Below the pieces are notes generated by a model, which was given only the letters and a program-made list of their open reading frames with translations, searched no databases and was not told the origin of the DNA. The translations under genes and the position numbers were made by a program. Below, piece after piece: positions 26,269-36,395 of a stretch of 64,000 nt of DNA. The stretch is taken from the NCBI GenBank assembly GCA_012401045.1, contig GCA_012401045.1_4704.1; one strand, given 5' to 3'. Positions within the stretch are counted from its first letter, which is position 1. The number at the start of each line of letters is the position of its first letter. The stretch is from a phage.

Positions 26269-28008
26269 TTATGCGACTTTACTAATAACGACTGCTGTGA
26301 TACCGAGATGTAGGTCGACGCCATTCTGTACTTTAATCCAGCGGATATACAGGTTAGCGTTATCCTGTCCCGTACCACCTGGGACGTTATTGTTCCTATT
26401 CCATTGCGAGATTTCGAAACGTTTCTGCACGTTAGGACCAACCATGATTTCAAAGTGGGTCGGTTCTGGTGCTTTCGATTCCGTTTTCTCAAGATAGAGC
26501 GGATGTGTCGCGTAGTAAAGTTGGTTCAACCATTCACCCAGATCTGAGTGTTTGTTCGTCAAGTCAACATACGCGTTACCAGCAACATCGTAAGTAAACA
26601 ACGCTTTCGTGTTACGACCGTACACATCCGTTGTCGTCGGCGTTGTTTGCGAGCTGAACGTTACTGTCCAGTAATCACCGGATGTTGCCGAACCTGCTTG
26701 CAATAGCGTCATTCGAATAGTCTGCGTATGACGTACGCGTTTGTAAACGGTAGGATCGACTTCATCTAACCAGATGTTGTACGCAAATTCCTGAGGTTGT
26801 CCGTATTTCTTCGGATTAAACTCAGGGCTGTTCAGTGCCAATTGTACTTTATCGGTTACGTTGTAGTAACGTTCACGGTCGACGTTGTACAACCAGAACA
26901 CCAGCTCGTATCCCACAGCATCAGATACCCATTGCGGATAGCAGAACAGTTTAACACTGTAAGCCCCTTTCGCTTCTTTAGAAACGACGGTATAAGGCAC
27001 ACTGATGTGTTTCACCGCTCCTGGTAACGCGTAGGATGTGTCCTCATCGTCGTCCAGGTAGTAGTGTAACGCCAGCGGATGTTTGCTGTTGATGACCTGG
27101 GACGTGAAGACGTTAAGGCCGTCCAACACAACCTTGTTACCAGTAACCGGCCAATGTTTAATGGAACCATCACTGTAAGTGACTTCAGCCTGAAGGTCGA
27201 CGGAATCCAGGTTGACGTTGATCGGTAACTCAAGCAGTTTGGTATCGCTGCTGCTCAGCCACGTTGATTTCAGTCGTACCCCGTCTTCCAGAATATATTT
27301 AATACCCTGGTCTGGGGTGCGTACATAGTCAGTGATACGAACGATCATGCGTTTCATGGATAGCGGCTGCGGACCGTCACCATAACCTACTACCATCACC
27401 TGCTCAAAATCTTCGACAGGCTTAATGCAGTAACCTTCACGAGGTGCCCAGATAGCTTTATTCGTTCCGTCTTTGTAAGCGATAAGCTGACACGGAATGA
27501 AATCGCTGATCTTATTCCCGCTGTTGTCATACATCGCACTGATGATTTCGCCTTTGGCGCTGATATCAGAACCGCGGAACACTGCGATACGTCGAATATC
27601 CGAGCCATGCAGATGGAAACGACGATCGATGTTCATTGTAGCAGGGATCGTGTTCGTATTAATCAATACACGCCATGTATCGTACGACCACGTCGGGTCA
27701 ATACCTTCAAAGGTTGTCGTCCCATCGCCCTGACCATCGAACGGAGCAGACAGCTGACCGATAAGTTTAAGGGTACTTAGTTTTGTGCGATCGTCTACGG
27801 CGATAACACGGTACACCGCATTCGTATCCCAGTCTTCAACTTTATCGTCCACGTTGGGGACGTAAAGTTTCCAGTCTTCTTCAACGCCATTATAGATCTC
27901 TTTATACGCATAGGTGGTATAGCGTCTGTCGAGATCCTGAATAGCGAGTTTATCCGGATGCTGTTGTGCATAAAGCACCGGATTGGTAATCTCTCTTCCC
28001 ATTATCAC
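26269..28008 (-). CDS. putative virion structural protein (579 aa)
   Basis: Large ORF in the operon between the sheath-divergent promoter region and the terminase. Function inferred from context only. Confidence 0.4.
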   Translation of the reverse strand: MIMGREITNPVLYAQQHPDKLAIQDLDRRYTTYAYKEIYNGVEEDWKLYVPNVDDKVEDWDTNAVYRVIAVDDRTKLSTLKLIGQLSAPFDGQGDGTTTFEGIDPTWSYDTWRVLINTNTIPATMNIDRRFHLHGSDIRRIAVFRGSDISAKGEIISAMYDNSGNKISDFIPCQLIAYKDGTNKAIWAPREGYCIKPVEDFEQVMVVGYGDGPQPLSMKRMIVRITDYVRTPDQGIKYILEDGVRLKSTWLSSSDTKLLELPINVNLDSVDLQAEVTYSDGSIKHWPVTGNKVVLDGLNVFTSQVINSKHPLALHYYLDDDEDTSYALPGAVKHISVPYTVVSKEAKGAYSVKLFCYPQWVSDAVGYELVFWLYNVDRERYYNVTDKVQLALNSPEFNPKKYGQPQEFAYNIWLDEVDPTVYKRVRHTQTIRMTLLQAGSATSGDYWTVTFSSQTTPTTTDVYGRNTKALFTYDVAGNAYVDLTNKHSDLGEWLNQLYYATHPLYLEKTESKAPEPTHFEIMVGPNVQKRFEISQWNRNNNVPGGTGQDNANLYIRWIKVQNGVDLHLGITAVVISKVA

Positions 28009-30599
28009 TCACCTTTGATTGTGTAAAACTTCGTGAAGTCCACGCGATCTTTCAAGAACTCACGACTGACGCGTTCTAAGAACCGCAGTTGTTTAACCGT
28101 AACTTCAAGCGGCGTCCAACTGTCGTGTGGATGAATAGAGACCATCCGCCAATCGTAATTACGTAACGCAGGATCGTAGTCATAGAACCATTTATACGGC
28201 TCCATGAAATCCATCAACTTAACGTCCTGCATATCAGGATCGGGATCGATAACACCGTTGATAAGATCGTACGTTACCGCCATCAGCGTTGGACTGATCA
28301 GCTGATATTTGTTTTCGATTGTGACCGGCGTATCGTACTTCACGCGAGGGAAATACAACGACATATAGTCTTCAACGCGTTTGTCGGTTTCAAGACTCTT
28401 ATCGCGTAGGTAATACGTGTCTGTATTAACCAGACCACGGATGGGGGCAATAACACGGTAGATCGCATAAGGCACCCCATCGTTGACTTTGATGTCGGCA
28501 GGGTATTGCGTGTCCTCTGCGGTAACCACTTCGCTACGATCGTAAATACGTCCACCAACCACAATACGAACAACATGGTCGTCACGAACATTAAACACGT
28601 CGTCGTAAGAAAGCTGATTATGCATCGTCCAACCGGTATCGTAAACGGTTTCACCGGTTAAGTCCGTACGTGGAAAACCAGTACATCTCACGGTAACCGT
28701 GTGCGTGTTCCCTTCACTGAAATACCGTTTCGCGTTGATCATGATCGTTGGCCATTTTACGATATAATCGATATCGCGTACCAAGCTGTAGCTTTTGGTT
28801 GCTCGCTCGTCACCTAACCATACTTCGATTTGACCAGGTTCGAAAGGCAGCGGATATTCAACATCAATACCCGTCGTAACATCCAACCATACGGTGTGGT
28901 TACGATGTTGTATTGTGGTCTTATACGCTAAGAAGTAGGTGTCGAACAATACTAAACCGGTTTGCTTTCTTCCATCCAACGACCATTTTATTACCCCGTT
29001 CTCTTCCGTTACCACAGAAGCATCGTCGGTAACATCCTTCCATGTGTTCGCGACAGGTTGTCCGTTACGAAGATTTACGCTATAACAGCGGTAACTCGCC
29101 CATTCACGGATTGGGACGTCGGCAACACCCATCACGTAATCAAGCGTTCTCCCACCAACACCCGATCGACCCTCAACATAGGACGTGGTTTCATATTGCG
29201 GATAAAAATGTCGGCCTGCCGGATGTTGCGTGATACCCAATAATAGACCGTCACTGTCGTACTCAAAGAACGTCGCATTTGCACGTAAACCCCATGGTAC
29301 TTCAGCGGTAGGGGTACCCATATCGTCAGTAACGCGTTGTGGACTATCTGCAACCAGTTTTGCCATCGCGTTATACCCGTAAGCGGAGGTCACCATGTCG
29401 ATCGTGATATTGCTTTCCTTATTACGCATGATGCGTGTATAATCACTGGCTTCAAGCGTGCGTGCAAAGAACTCGGGTATATTAGCGTTCTGTTCTAACA
29501 TCGCACCGACGATGATGTCGTCTGGAAGTTTATACAATTCGTGGATGCGGTTATGTTCAAAGGTTAACTGCGTTTTCAAACCGCTATCACGGACAACCAC
29601 TTCCAGGGTTAAATCACGAAGCGATTCTGCTCCATCAACCCGTTCAACGAAGTAGCTGACATAATCAACAGGAATCCCGTAATCACGATGTGTGAGCATG
29701 CGGATACTATTTTCCTGGTTGGTGTGGTAATAACGTCCTTTTCCGTTAGGCCCTTTCACGTAGATATCAACGTCATCACGATACCGGATTTTAGTATCCG
29801 CTTCATCTTTCGGCGGATGAATAAGATACTTCACTTTTTTGTCCAGATCGCTGTTGTACGTTTTAAGATCTTCTACACGGAAGCTGTACCGATGAACAAC
29901 GGTACCATCATAGACGACCTGAATGCTATCACCGATCTTAAAACTTGACGGTGGAATGTCTTCAACCGCTTCACCATTGATACTGCAGTGCGTCCAGCCG
30001 ATACCGGTTTCCTGAATCTTTTTACGCCAGGCGTATAGCTGACGCTGCCACTGTAGAACCTGTGTCGAGCTGGTTACAATCCCCCCAAGGACATGCACTT
30101 CACGCCCCGTCGGTTTCGTGTATGACGGATAGCCTTCTGCGAAGTCGGCGTTGAGATAGGTGCGCCAGTAATAATCACCAACGCCAAGGTCAGCGATATT
30201 CGGTTGGTCGAGCACACAGACCAGCATCGTTTCGTTTTCCAGATTACCCGTCCACGTTAATGTCAACGGGAATTCTTTACCGTCCTCGGTATAGATATTG
30301 TAATACGATCCCTTCACCTCACAGAACTTGCTGAGTTCTCGCCACCACAACCGACCCGCCCCGACATTAAAATCCTCCCCCATATGTCGTCCAATAACAA
30401 ACACATGGAACGTATTGGTATCATCAGGAAGATTGAATGTACGATGCCAAGCCGTAAAGTTTTTTACTGCGCCGGTCTTTCCGGTAATACGACGCATCTT
30501 GATACGATGCTGGTTGTCCATTAATGGACGGCAGTTCACATTCAGCGCAGCATGATTTATCAAGTATTGCGCTGTAGGATTAGAAGCGTTCAACACCAC
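28005..30599 (-). CDS. putative virion structural protein (864 aa)
   Basis: Large ORF translationally coupled to its neighbours. Function inferred from context only. Confidence 0.4.
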   Translation of the reverse strand: MVLNASNPTAQYLINHAALNVNCRPLMDNQHRIKMRRITGKTGAVKNFTAWHRTFNLPDDTNTFHVFVIGRHMGEDFNVGAGRLWWRELSKFCEVKGSYYNIYTEDGKEFPLTLTWTGNLENETMLVCVLDQPNIADLGVGDYYWRTYLNADFAEGYPSYTKPTGREVHVLGGIVTSSTQVLQWQRQLYAWRKKIQETGIGWTHCSINGEAVEDIPPSSFKIGDSIQVVYDGTVVHRYSFRVEDLKTYNSDLDKKVKYLIHPPKDEADTKIRYRDDVDIYVKGPNGKGRYYHTNQENSIRMLTHRDYGIPVDYVSYFVERVDGAESLRDLTLEVVVRDSGLKTQLTFEHNRIHELYKLPDDIIVGAMLEQNANIPEFFARTLEASDYTRIMRNKESNITIDMVTSAYGYNAMAKLVADSPQRVTDDMGTPTAEVPWGLRANATFFEYDSDGLLLGITQHPAGRHFYPQYETTSYVEGRSGVGGRTLDYVMGVADVPIREWASYRCYSVNLRNGQPVANTWKDVTDDASVVTEENGVIKWSLDGRKQTGLVLFDTYFLAYKTTIQHRNHTVWLDVTTGIDVEYPLPFEPGQIEVWLGDERATKSYSLVRDIDYIVKWPTIMINAKRYFSEGNTHTVTVRCTGFPRTDLTGETVYDTGWTMHNQLSYDDVFNVRDDHVVRIVVGGRIYDRSEVVTAEDTQYPADIKVNDGVPYAIYRVIAPIRGLVNTDTYYLRDKSLETDKRVEDYMSLYFPRVKYDTPVTIENKYQLISPTLMAVTYDLINGVIDPDPDMQDVKLMDFMEPYKWFYDYDPALRNYDWRMVSIHPHDSWTPLEVTVKQLRFLERVSREFLKDRVDFTKFYTIKGE

Positions 30600-31527
30600 G
30601 GCATGCCTCCAGGAGGTATTTCATGTTGGCTTGGAAATCATTGACGTCACGCGCCATACGACGCTGATCCGCCATGAGACGAGCCAACACGGTATCACGG
30701 TAACCACGATCGTGGTCAGCAGCAGAGCATAAAAGAATAAATGTTGGTGGATGCTCTAAAGCAATCCCAGCAACTTCTTTACTATAACCCCCAACCCAGC
30801 TGTAAGCGGTGATTTCAAACAACAACGCTTGGGTTAACGTGTTCAAACGGGGACTAATATTACTTTCTTTTAATGCTGTTACGAAAGCTGCCATGTTAGG
30901 GATATAACCCAGGTTTTCGGTTACGATACCGATGCTCGCAAAATCGTAACGAAGCGTTGTCTGGATGGTGCGCACCATAGTTAGTCTTTCATTATTTGTA
31001 AGGCTATCTTTAAACAGGCAAAGATAATACCATGCTGTTATGATGGCAACATCACGACGTTGTTGAAGGTCCAGCCCTAAACGTTGTGTGATTTGTCCGC
31101 TAATCCAATCACAAAAGACACGCATCGGGATAGGGCCAAGACGTTCAAAAGGACGTGTGCCCAAGGATTCCCATCCTACCTGAAGATACGCACGTGATTG
31201 AAGAAAGTTATATTCACGTTCGTTAACAACGGTAGTACGCGATCCTGGGCGTGAAGTATCTGTTGGGGTGCGCGCGTAAGCGCGTTGGTCGATAACAACG
31301 CGCTGTCCGTCCATCACTGTTTTAATGACCAACGGATGACCAAAAGAAGGGATATCGTCCAACGTATTTTTGTTGCCGATGACTTCGAGAACGGGAGTGT
31401 TTACGCCACTTTCTTCACCGGGTGCACTTAACAATCCGCCGACGTAAGCAACTTCGATAGCGGTTCGGATACGGTCAATGCCTTTTAGTTTTGTTCCAAC
31501 AGTTGTGTCGTAAGGAGAGATGAACAT
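30580..31527 (-). CDS. putative virion structural protein (315 aa)
   Basis: First gene of the operon divergent from the sheath gene. A TATGCCGT motif lies 17 nt upstream. Confidence 0.4.
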   Translation of the reverse strand: MFISPYDTTVGTKLKGIDRIRTAIEVAYVGGLLSAPGEESGVNTPVLEVIGNKNTLDDIPSFGHPLVIKTVMDGQRVVIDQRAYARTPTDTSRPGSRTTVVNEREYNFLQSRAYLQVGWESLGTRPFERLGPIPMRVFCDWISGQITQRLGLDLQQRRDVAIITAWYYLCLFKDSLTNNERLTMVRTIQTTLRYDFASIGIVTENLGYIPNMAAFVTALKESNISPRLNTLTQALLFEITAYSWVGGYSKEVAGIALEHPPTFILLCSAADHDRGYRDTVLARLMADQRRMARDVNDFQANMKYLLEACRGVERF

Positions 31528-31543
31528 ATGTAATTCCTTTATT

Positions 31544-31553
31544 ACGGCATATA
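31544..31553 (-). promoter_or_regulatory. TATATGCCGT motif
   Basis: Minus strand reads TTCTTATATGCCGTAATAAAGG. It lies 17 nt upstream of the start at 31527. Confidence 0.4.
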
Positions 31554-31601
31554 AGAAAACGGGTTAAGCACACAGATTTACGCATAATTGTAATATTTTA
31601 C

Positions 31602-31610
31602 GTTATGCCT
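31602..31610 (+). promoter_or_regulatory. GTTATGCCT motif upstream of the sheath gene
   Basis: Plus strand reads TTTACGTTATGCCTATGAC. It lies 61 nt upstream of the ATG at 31671. Confidence 0.35.
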
Positions 31611-31670
31611 ATGACATTGTGTCACGTGTGCAATTATGTCATACAATTTCCTTAAATTAAGGAGAGTTCC

Positions 31671-33743
31671 ATGAGGCTTAAGAATAGCACGCCTCGCGCG
31701 ATTTTTACGGGCTTTAAAGAGGGTCTTACCACGGATCCGGTTACAGCCCCAGAGATCACGCCCATTCACCTCCCGTATGTTTTCATTCAGGGTGGTCGTG
31801 GTAAAGAGGACACCTTGCTGTTAACAGGGGACGCCCTGTCTACAGTCTACGGTGAAGATATGCTGAACTACCGCAGTAAGTACGCTTCTCCAGCAACACT
31901 GATTGCTCGCCAGGCGGCTTCTACAGGTAGCGCGATCTTCACAAAACGTTTGGTTGCGCCGGATGCAACGGCAGCACGCATCCGTATCGGTGTTGAAGTG
32001 GTCGCCGATAAACTGGTCGTTTACCAGCGTAACGCTGACGGGTCCTTTATGAAGGACACCGACGGCAACAAAATCCCTGACGGCGATAAAACCGTTGACG
32101 GGGTGAAAATGCGTTGGATTGTTAACCACGACAAAGATGCCGTAGCGCCTAACGCCTTCGGTAAAGATGAAGTGGTTATCGGACAAATGACCGCAGCTGA
32201 TGGTACCCAGAGCAACTACTATCCTATTCTGGATGGAATGGTGAGCTGGCGTGGTGCCGAAGGGGACAACATCGGCTTACGTCTGGAAGCACCGACCGCG
32301 CTGAGCAGCAACCCTACCCGTACCGATATCATCGAACGTATCGGTGCTTTCCTGTACCGCATTCAGTTCGTGGAACGTAAGTCTTCACGAACTGCGCCGA
32401 CGGTCATTCGTACGATCAGCGGTATGGAACAAGAAACCTTCGCGTTGCAGGAAGGTGTTATCCAGCCTGATGACGAAACCGATCTGTCCTTCGGTAAAGT
32501 GGTCGTTGATGCCTACGAGTATAATGAAACGGGTAACACCCCGATCTTTGCTCCGATGGATCAGATGCATCTTTATCAGAAGAACATCGATGAAGTCGTC
32601 AAGAAGCTGTACGAATCTGAAAGCAAAGTTAACAAAGATCTGTTAACCGACGTTGAATTCGTCGAAGGTCAGATGAACATCTTCACCGGTGTCGATTACA
32701 ACGGCATCCCGTATCAAACCATCGAAGTTCTCGATGCGGATCAGGGCGGCGTCATCTTTGATGGTACCAGCACCTTCTACGCAATTGATGGTAGCGACGG
32801 TGACGTCGACTGGGATACCTTCGACGCGTTAGCGAAACAGCAGTTCGAATCGTTCGGCAGAATGGGCGAAGATCTGGAAGACATGGCTTTCTATCCGTTC
32901 TCCATCGTGTATGACATTGGTTACAAAGTCGACACGAAGAAAGCGATGGCAAACGTCTTGTCTCTGCGTCCGGATGTCATGATCATTGCGTCAACCCATA
33001 CCTGGAAGGGTGTGGAACTGAATGTCGATGAAGAAAGCTCCATGGGCGCGATGCTGCGTAACTACTATCGTCTGCATCCAGAAAGCGTGCTTTACAATAC
33101 CCCGGCTTGCCGTGCTGCGGTATTCATGCAATACGGTGAAAGCATCGAAGCGCCAAGCCTGGGTAAAGTTCCGTTGACGCTGGAAGTTGCTAATAAACTT
33201 GCAACTTACATGGGTGCTTCGGATGGTGTTATCCGCGGTACCCGCATCGATAACAACCCCGGTAACGTTGTCACAACGATGCGTAAAATCAACAAGACGT
33301 ATCGTAACGCAACGGTCCGCGATCGTGATTGGGAAAACGGCTTGAACTATGTTCAGACCTACAACCGTAATTCCAACTTCTTCCCGGCTTGGGGCACGAT
33401 CTACAATAACGACCGTTCGGTATGGCGTTCGTTGATCAACGTGATCATCGGTTGCGATCTGACTCGCGTGTGCTATCGTCTCTGGGCAGAAACCACCGGT
33501 ACTACAGGAATGGATGAAACCCTGTTCCTGAAACTGATGGGCGAACGCTTCCTGGAATACACCACGGGCCGTTACAACGACCATGTGACTGTTAAGGGAC
33601 GTTTCTACCTGGATAAAGAAGACGGTTACAACGGCTTCAGCTATCACGGCGATATCAGCCTGATCGGCGATCCAGGCATGACCGTGGGTACGTTTACCAT
33701 CACCGGGCTGCGTCGTAACACCGAAGCAGCAGAAGCGGCGTAA
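31671..33743 (+). CDS. probable tail sheath protein (690 aa)
   Basis: AAGGAGAG RBS and highly biased codon usage. The size is close to the phiKZ sheath (about 695 aa as I recall). It is followed directly by a tube-sized gene. Not verified by alignment. Confidence 0.55.
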   Translation: MRLKNSTPRAIFTGFKEGLTTDPVTAPEITPIHLPYVFIQGGRGKEDTLLLTGDALSTVYGEDMLNYRSKYASPATLIARQAASTGSAIFTKRLVAPDATAARIRIGVEVVADKLVVYQRNADGSFMKDTDGNKIPDGDKTVDGVKMRWIVNHDKDAVAPNAFGKDEVVIGQMTAADGTQSNYYPILDGMVSWRGAEGDNIGLRLEAPTALSSNPTRTDIIERIGAFLYRIQFVERKSSRTAPTVIRTISGMEQETFALQEGVIQPDDETDLSFGKVVVDAYEYNETGNTPIFAPMDQMHLYQKNIDEVVKKLYESESKVNKDLLTDVEFVEGQMNIFTGVDYNGIPYQTIEVLDADQGGVIFDGTSTFYAIDGSDGDVDWDTFDALAKQQFESFGRMGEDLEDMAFYPFSIVYDIGYKVDTKKAMANVLSLRPDVMIIASTHTWKGVELNVDEESSMGAMLRNYYRLHPESVLYNTPACRAAVFMQYGESIEAPSLGKVPLTLEVANKLATYMGASDGVIRGTRIDNNPGNVVTTMRKINKTYRNATVRDRDWENGLNYVQTYNRNSNFFPAWGTIYNNDRSVWRSLINVIIGCDLTRVCYRLWAETTGTTGMDETLFLKLMGERFLEYTTGRYNDHVTVKGRFYLDKEDGYNGFSYHGDISLIGDPGMTVGTFTITGLRRNTEAAEAA

Positions 33744-33758
33744 TGAGAGGAGTCCATA

Positions 33759-34649
33759 ATGCGTCCTGATAATACCCTACTCGGTGAACAGGGTGTTGGT
33801 GCTCTTAGCAACGCGGCTATGGTCGATATTCGTGCAGGTGCCCAAAACGGGTACATCAGCAATATCGGTACGTACGTTGCTAACGCCAACTACATTCCGA
33901 ACCAAATGTTCTGTCTCCTGCTGGAGGCACCACGTGGTTTCAACTATCTACCTAACCCGGATGTACAGATTGGTTATCTGAAGGCGTTGGTAGAAGAAGT
34001 TGCGCATTCGATTACCGGTCTGCAACGCGGATTGGAAGTTGAATTCGTTAGCGTCCCGGTTTCTGGTTCCGGTGAAATCCAGGAAGAAGTCTCTGACGTT
34101 AAACGTCCTCGCTCTAACCCGACTTTCGGGATCTATGAGAAAGAAGGTCGTTCCGTTAGTTACTTCCTGGAACAATGGATCACGTATCTGTTGATGGATC
34201 CGGATGCCAAATACCCGATGTTGTCGTCTATCGTATCCACTGGTGGTCCAACCGACCTGCTGGCGGATTATCGTAGCGCAACAATGCTGTTCGTTGAGCC
34301 AGACCGCCAACACAAAAAAGTGGTTAACGCCTGGCTGTGCACGAACATGATGCCTCACGGTACCGGTGACTGGACATCACGTCGTAACAAGAACGATGCG
34401 CCAAACGTGGTAGAATTGAGCATTCAGTTCACAGCGTTAACACAGACCAACTACGGCGTGCGTGCTTTTGCACAACGTCTGCTGGATAAGATGAACCTGC
34501 TCAAAGTGAACCCGGATTTCCGTCCGGCTTATCTGAGCGACATCGATCCGGCTGTGGCAGCGCAGAAGGTTGGCTACACCTTCGACTTTGATAACAACGA
34601 TACCTTTGAGGTACCGAATACTTATCAAAACGTAACACCTCGCGTGTAA
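33759..34649 (+). CDS. probable tail tube protein (296 aa)
   Basis: Immediately downstream of the putative sheath gene. Strong GAGAGGAG RBS, biased codon usage, strong bidirectional terminator after it. Confidence 0.5.
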   Translation: MRPDNTLLGEQGVGALSNAAMVDIRAGAQNGYISNIGTYVANANYIPNQMFCLLLEAPRGFNYLPNPDVQIGYLKALVEEVAHSITGLQRGLEVEFVSVPVSGSGEIQEEVSDVKRPRSNPTFGIYEKEGRSVSYFLEQWITYLLMDPDAKYPMLSSIVSTGGPTDLLADYRSATMLFVEPDRQHKKVVNAWLCTNMMPHGTGDWTSRRNKNDAPNVVELSIQFTALTQTNYGVRAFAQRLLDKMNLLKVNPDFRPAYLSDIDPAVAAQKVGYTFDFDNNDTFEVPNTYQNVTPRV

Positions 34650-34674
34650 CGTAAAAAAAAAAGCATATTAACCT

Positions 34675-34711
34675 CCCTTCCTTCCCCGGCCTTGACGGCT
34701 AGGGAAGGAAG
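34675..34711. terminator. bidirectional intrinsic terminator
   Basis: 11-bp CCTTCCTTCCC / GGGAAGGAAGG stem plus an inner stem. It is flanked by an A-run on the left and a T-rich run on the right. Confidence 0.75.
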
Positions 34712-34724
34712 GTTTATGGTTTAT

Positions 34725-35264
34725 TTACTGTTTGTTCGTGGCTTCACGAATGAAAATGACATCAGGATATTCTTGAGATTCAATGAATTCAGGATTACGA
34801 TAACGACGAATATGACGCATCGTTGTACAAGCAAGTTTGTAAAGATGTTCCTCCTCACGTTGTGTTAATAACATCAGTTGCGCGTCTGGAATCACGAATG
34901 GGAGTCTTTCATTCACGTATTCCCGAAGGTCATCGAGATCATCGTGATGAATGCCCTCTGAGAGCTTATATAACGCTTCCAGCAATTCTAATCCACCGAA
35001 CTGGTAACTTCCTATTGTCGTCTTAAACAATGCGCCAGAACGCGTGGTGGATGCTCTATCGGCGACATCGTATTGTTCTAACATATATCCGTAGACCATG
35101 CTACGTCGATCCAGTGTATCCGTAACGAGATTACGCCACCGTTCCAGTCTTTCGAGCGCTTTGTCGATAGAGTAAACGATCATGCCATGTTCATCCAACT
35201 CTTCCGCAATACCCAATAGTTCATTGTTGTTAGGTTTTGCTGCACCGATAAGAAAAACACTCAT
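34725..35264 (-). CDS. hypothetical protein (179 aa)
   Basis: Complete ORF with a 1-nt stop-start overlap with the upstream gene. Confidence 0.55.
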   Translation of the reverse strand: MSVFLIGAAKPNNNELLGIAEELDEHGMIVYSIDKALERLERWRNLVTDTLDRRSMVYGYMLEQYDVADRASTTRSGALFKTTIGSYQFGGLELLEALYKLSEGIHHDDLDDLREYVNERLPFVIPDAQLMLLTQREEEHLYKLACTTMRHIRRYRNPEFIESQEYPDVIFIREATNKQ

Positions 35265-35677
35265 TACTCAAACTCCTTATTCCAAAACTCGATTAATGAA
35301 TCGAGCTGTTCCTTACTGGTTATCTCACCTCCCCTAACAAAATGAAATCGTTCTTGAATGGCGATCTTTTCAAGGATATCGGTAAGCAAATGACGGTGAC
35401 AGAAATTTCCTGCAGGACAATAACACCCTAACACCACAACCGGATGGGAGAATAAAGCCAACCATTCCGGTGTATGATCAACAAAGCTTTTGCGCATAAG
35501 CGCGTAGTAGCCTGTGGTATATTCATCCTCGGTTAACGTTTTTGATTTGATTCCTGTAACAAGTTCCCATGAAGGTGCGAAGAGTGGGTTACCTGTTTTC
35601 ACCGTCGTGTCCAGTAGGAACGCTCGTGTGTCTGAAAGCCAACGATATTTGGCTAATTGAAGGGTGTATAAAAACAC
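35264..35677 (-). CDS. DUF488-like protein (137 aa)
   Basis: VVLGCYCPAGNFCHRHLLTDIL resembles the conserved LLCxE..CHR segment of the DUF488 family. GTG start. Confidence 0.45.
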   Translation of the reverse strand: MFLYTLQLAKYRWLSDTRAFLLDTTVKTGNPLFAPSWELVTGIKSKTLTEDEYTTGYYALMRKSFVDHTPEWLALFSHPVVVLGCYCPAGNFCHRHLLTDILEKIAIQERFHFVRGGEITSKEQLDSLIEFWNKEFE

Positions 35678-35717
35678 AGCGCTAACCCCAAAGGATAAAA
35701 ATAAAACCTTGACATAA

Positions 35718-35752
35718 CCACCACCGCAACCCCATACAGGGCTACGGTGGGG
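35718..35752 (-). terminator. stem-loop terminator after the 159-aa gene
   Basis: Imperfect CCACCGCAACCCC / GGGCTACGGTGG hairpin. Confidence 0.45.
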
Positions 35753-35780
35753 TCATACAGAGAGACGTGTTAAGTTACAA

Positions 35781-36260
35781 TCAGTCTTTCAGCAGCTCAG
35801 CTGCATACGCACTGATGTTGTCGCGAATATGCTTAACCTGAGTTGTTGGGAAAGATTTCTTATACGCGGTGGTCAGGCGTCCGTAAACCTGTTTCTTCTC
35901 GTTAGAGCCGAAACCAACTTCAGCGCTACGTTGAACCGTTGCGGACACAACGTCTTTGCCCAGCGGCAGGGTTACAGAAACAACGTCAACCTGCTTGTTA
36001 TCCGCCATGAACTGCGCGCCAACGCGACCTACCGCCAGACCATGAGCCAGACCGATATCGGTGGTCAGTTTCTGTGCTTTTTCCAGGATTTCTTTTTCTT
36101 CCGGCGTTACCAGAGTACCCAGGAAATCACTGCCTAACTTCTGGCTACCAGATTCGTCCAGTTTAATACCAGCGGCGATTTTATCAGAAAGAGCCTGAAC
36201 TTCCGGACGTACGTTAGAAGTGGTTTCAGTCGCTACGGTGGTTTCTACAGCTTCAGACAT
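35781..36260 (-). CDS. hypothetical, probably abundant early protein (159 aa)
   Basis: Monocistronic unit with a TATATTACCT motif 124 nt upstream and a hairpin terminator downstream. Codon usage resembles that of chimallin and sheath. Confidence 0.6.
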   Translation of the reverse strand: MSEAVETTVATETTSNVRPEVQALSDKIAAGIKLDESGSQKLGSDFLGTLVTPEEKEILEKAQKLTTDIGLAHGLAVGRVGAQFMADNKQVDVVSVTLPLGKDVVSATVQRSAEVGFGSNEKKQVYGRLTTAYKKSFPTTQVKHIRDNISAYAAELLKD

Positions 36261-36373
36261 GTTAATACTCCAATTAGTTTTTTCGATCGATCAAAAGGAT
36301 AAAATCAGAAGATTCTTTCTTCATAGGGAAAACACAAGTCGGTTAAGGTTTACTTCTTAAACTCCTTGCGTTC

Positions 36374-36394
36374 TATCAGTTAGGTAATATAGAC
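36374..36394 (-). promoter_or_regulatory. early-type promoter motif
   Basis: Minus strand reads GTCTATATTACCTAACTGATA. It lies 124 nt upstream of the start at 36260. Confidence 0.55.
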
Positions 36395-36395
36395 C

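Noticed and set aside
32991-33647. A 218-aa minus-strand ORF inside the sheath gene.
   Set aside because: It is an antisense shadow ORF with no RBS and odd composition. The plus-strand gene is continuous and highly biased.
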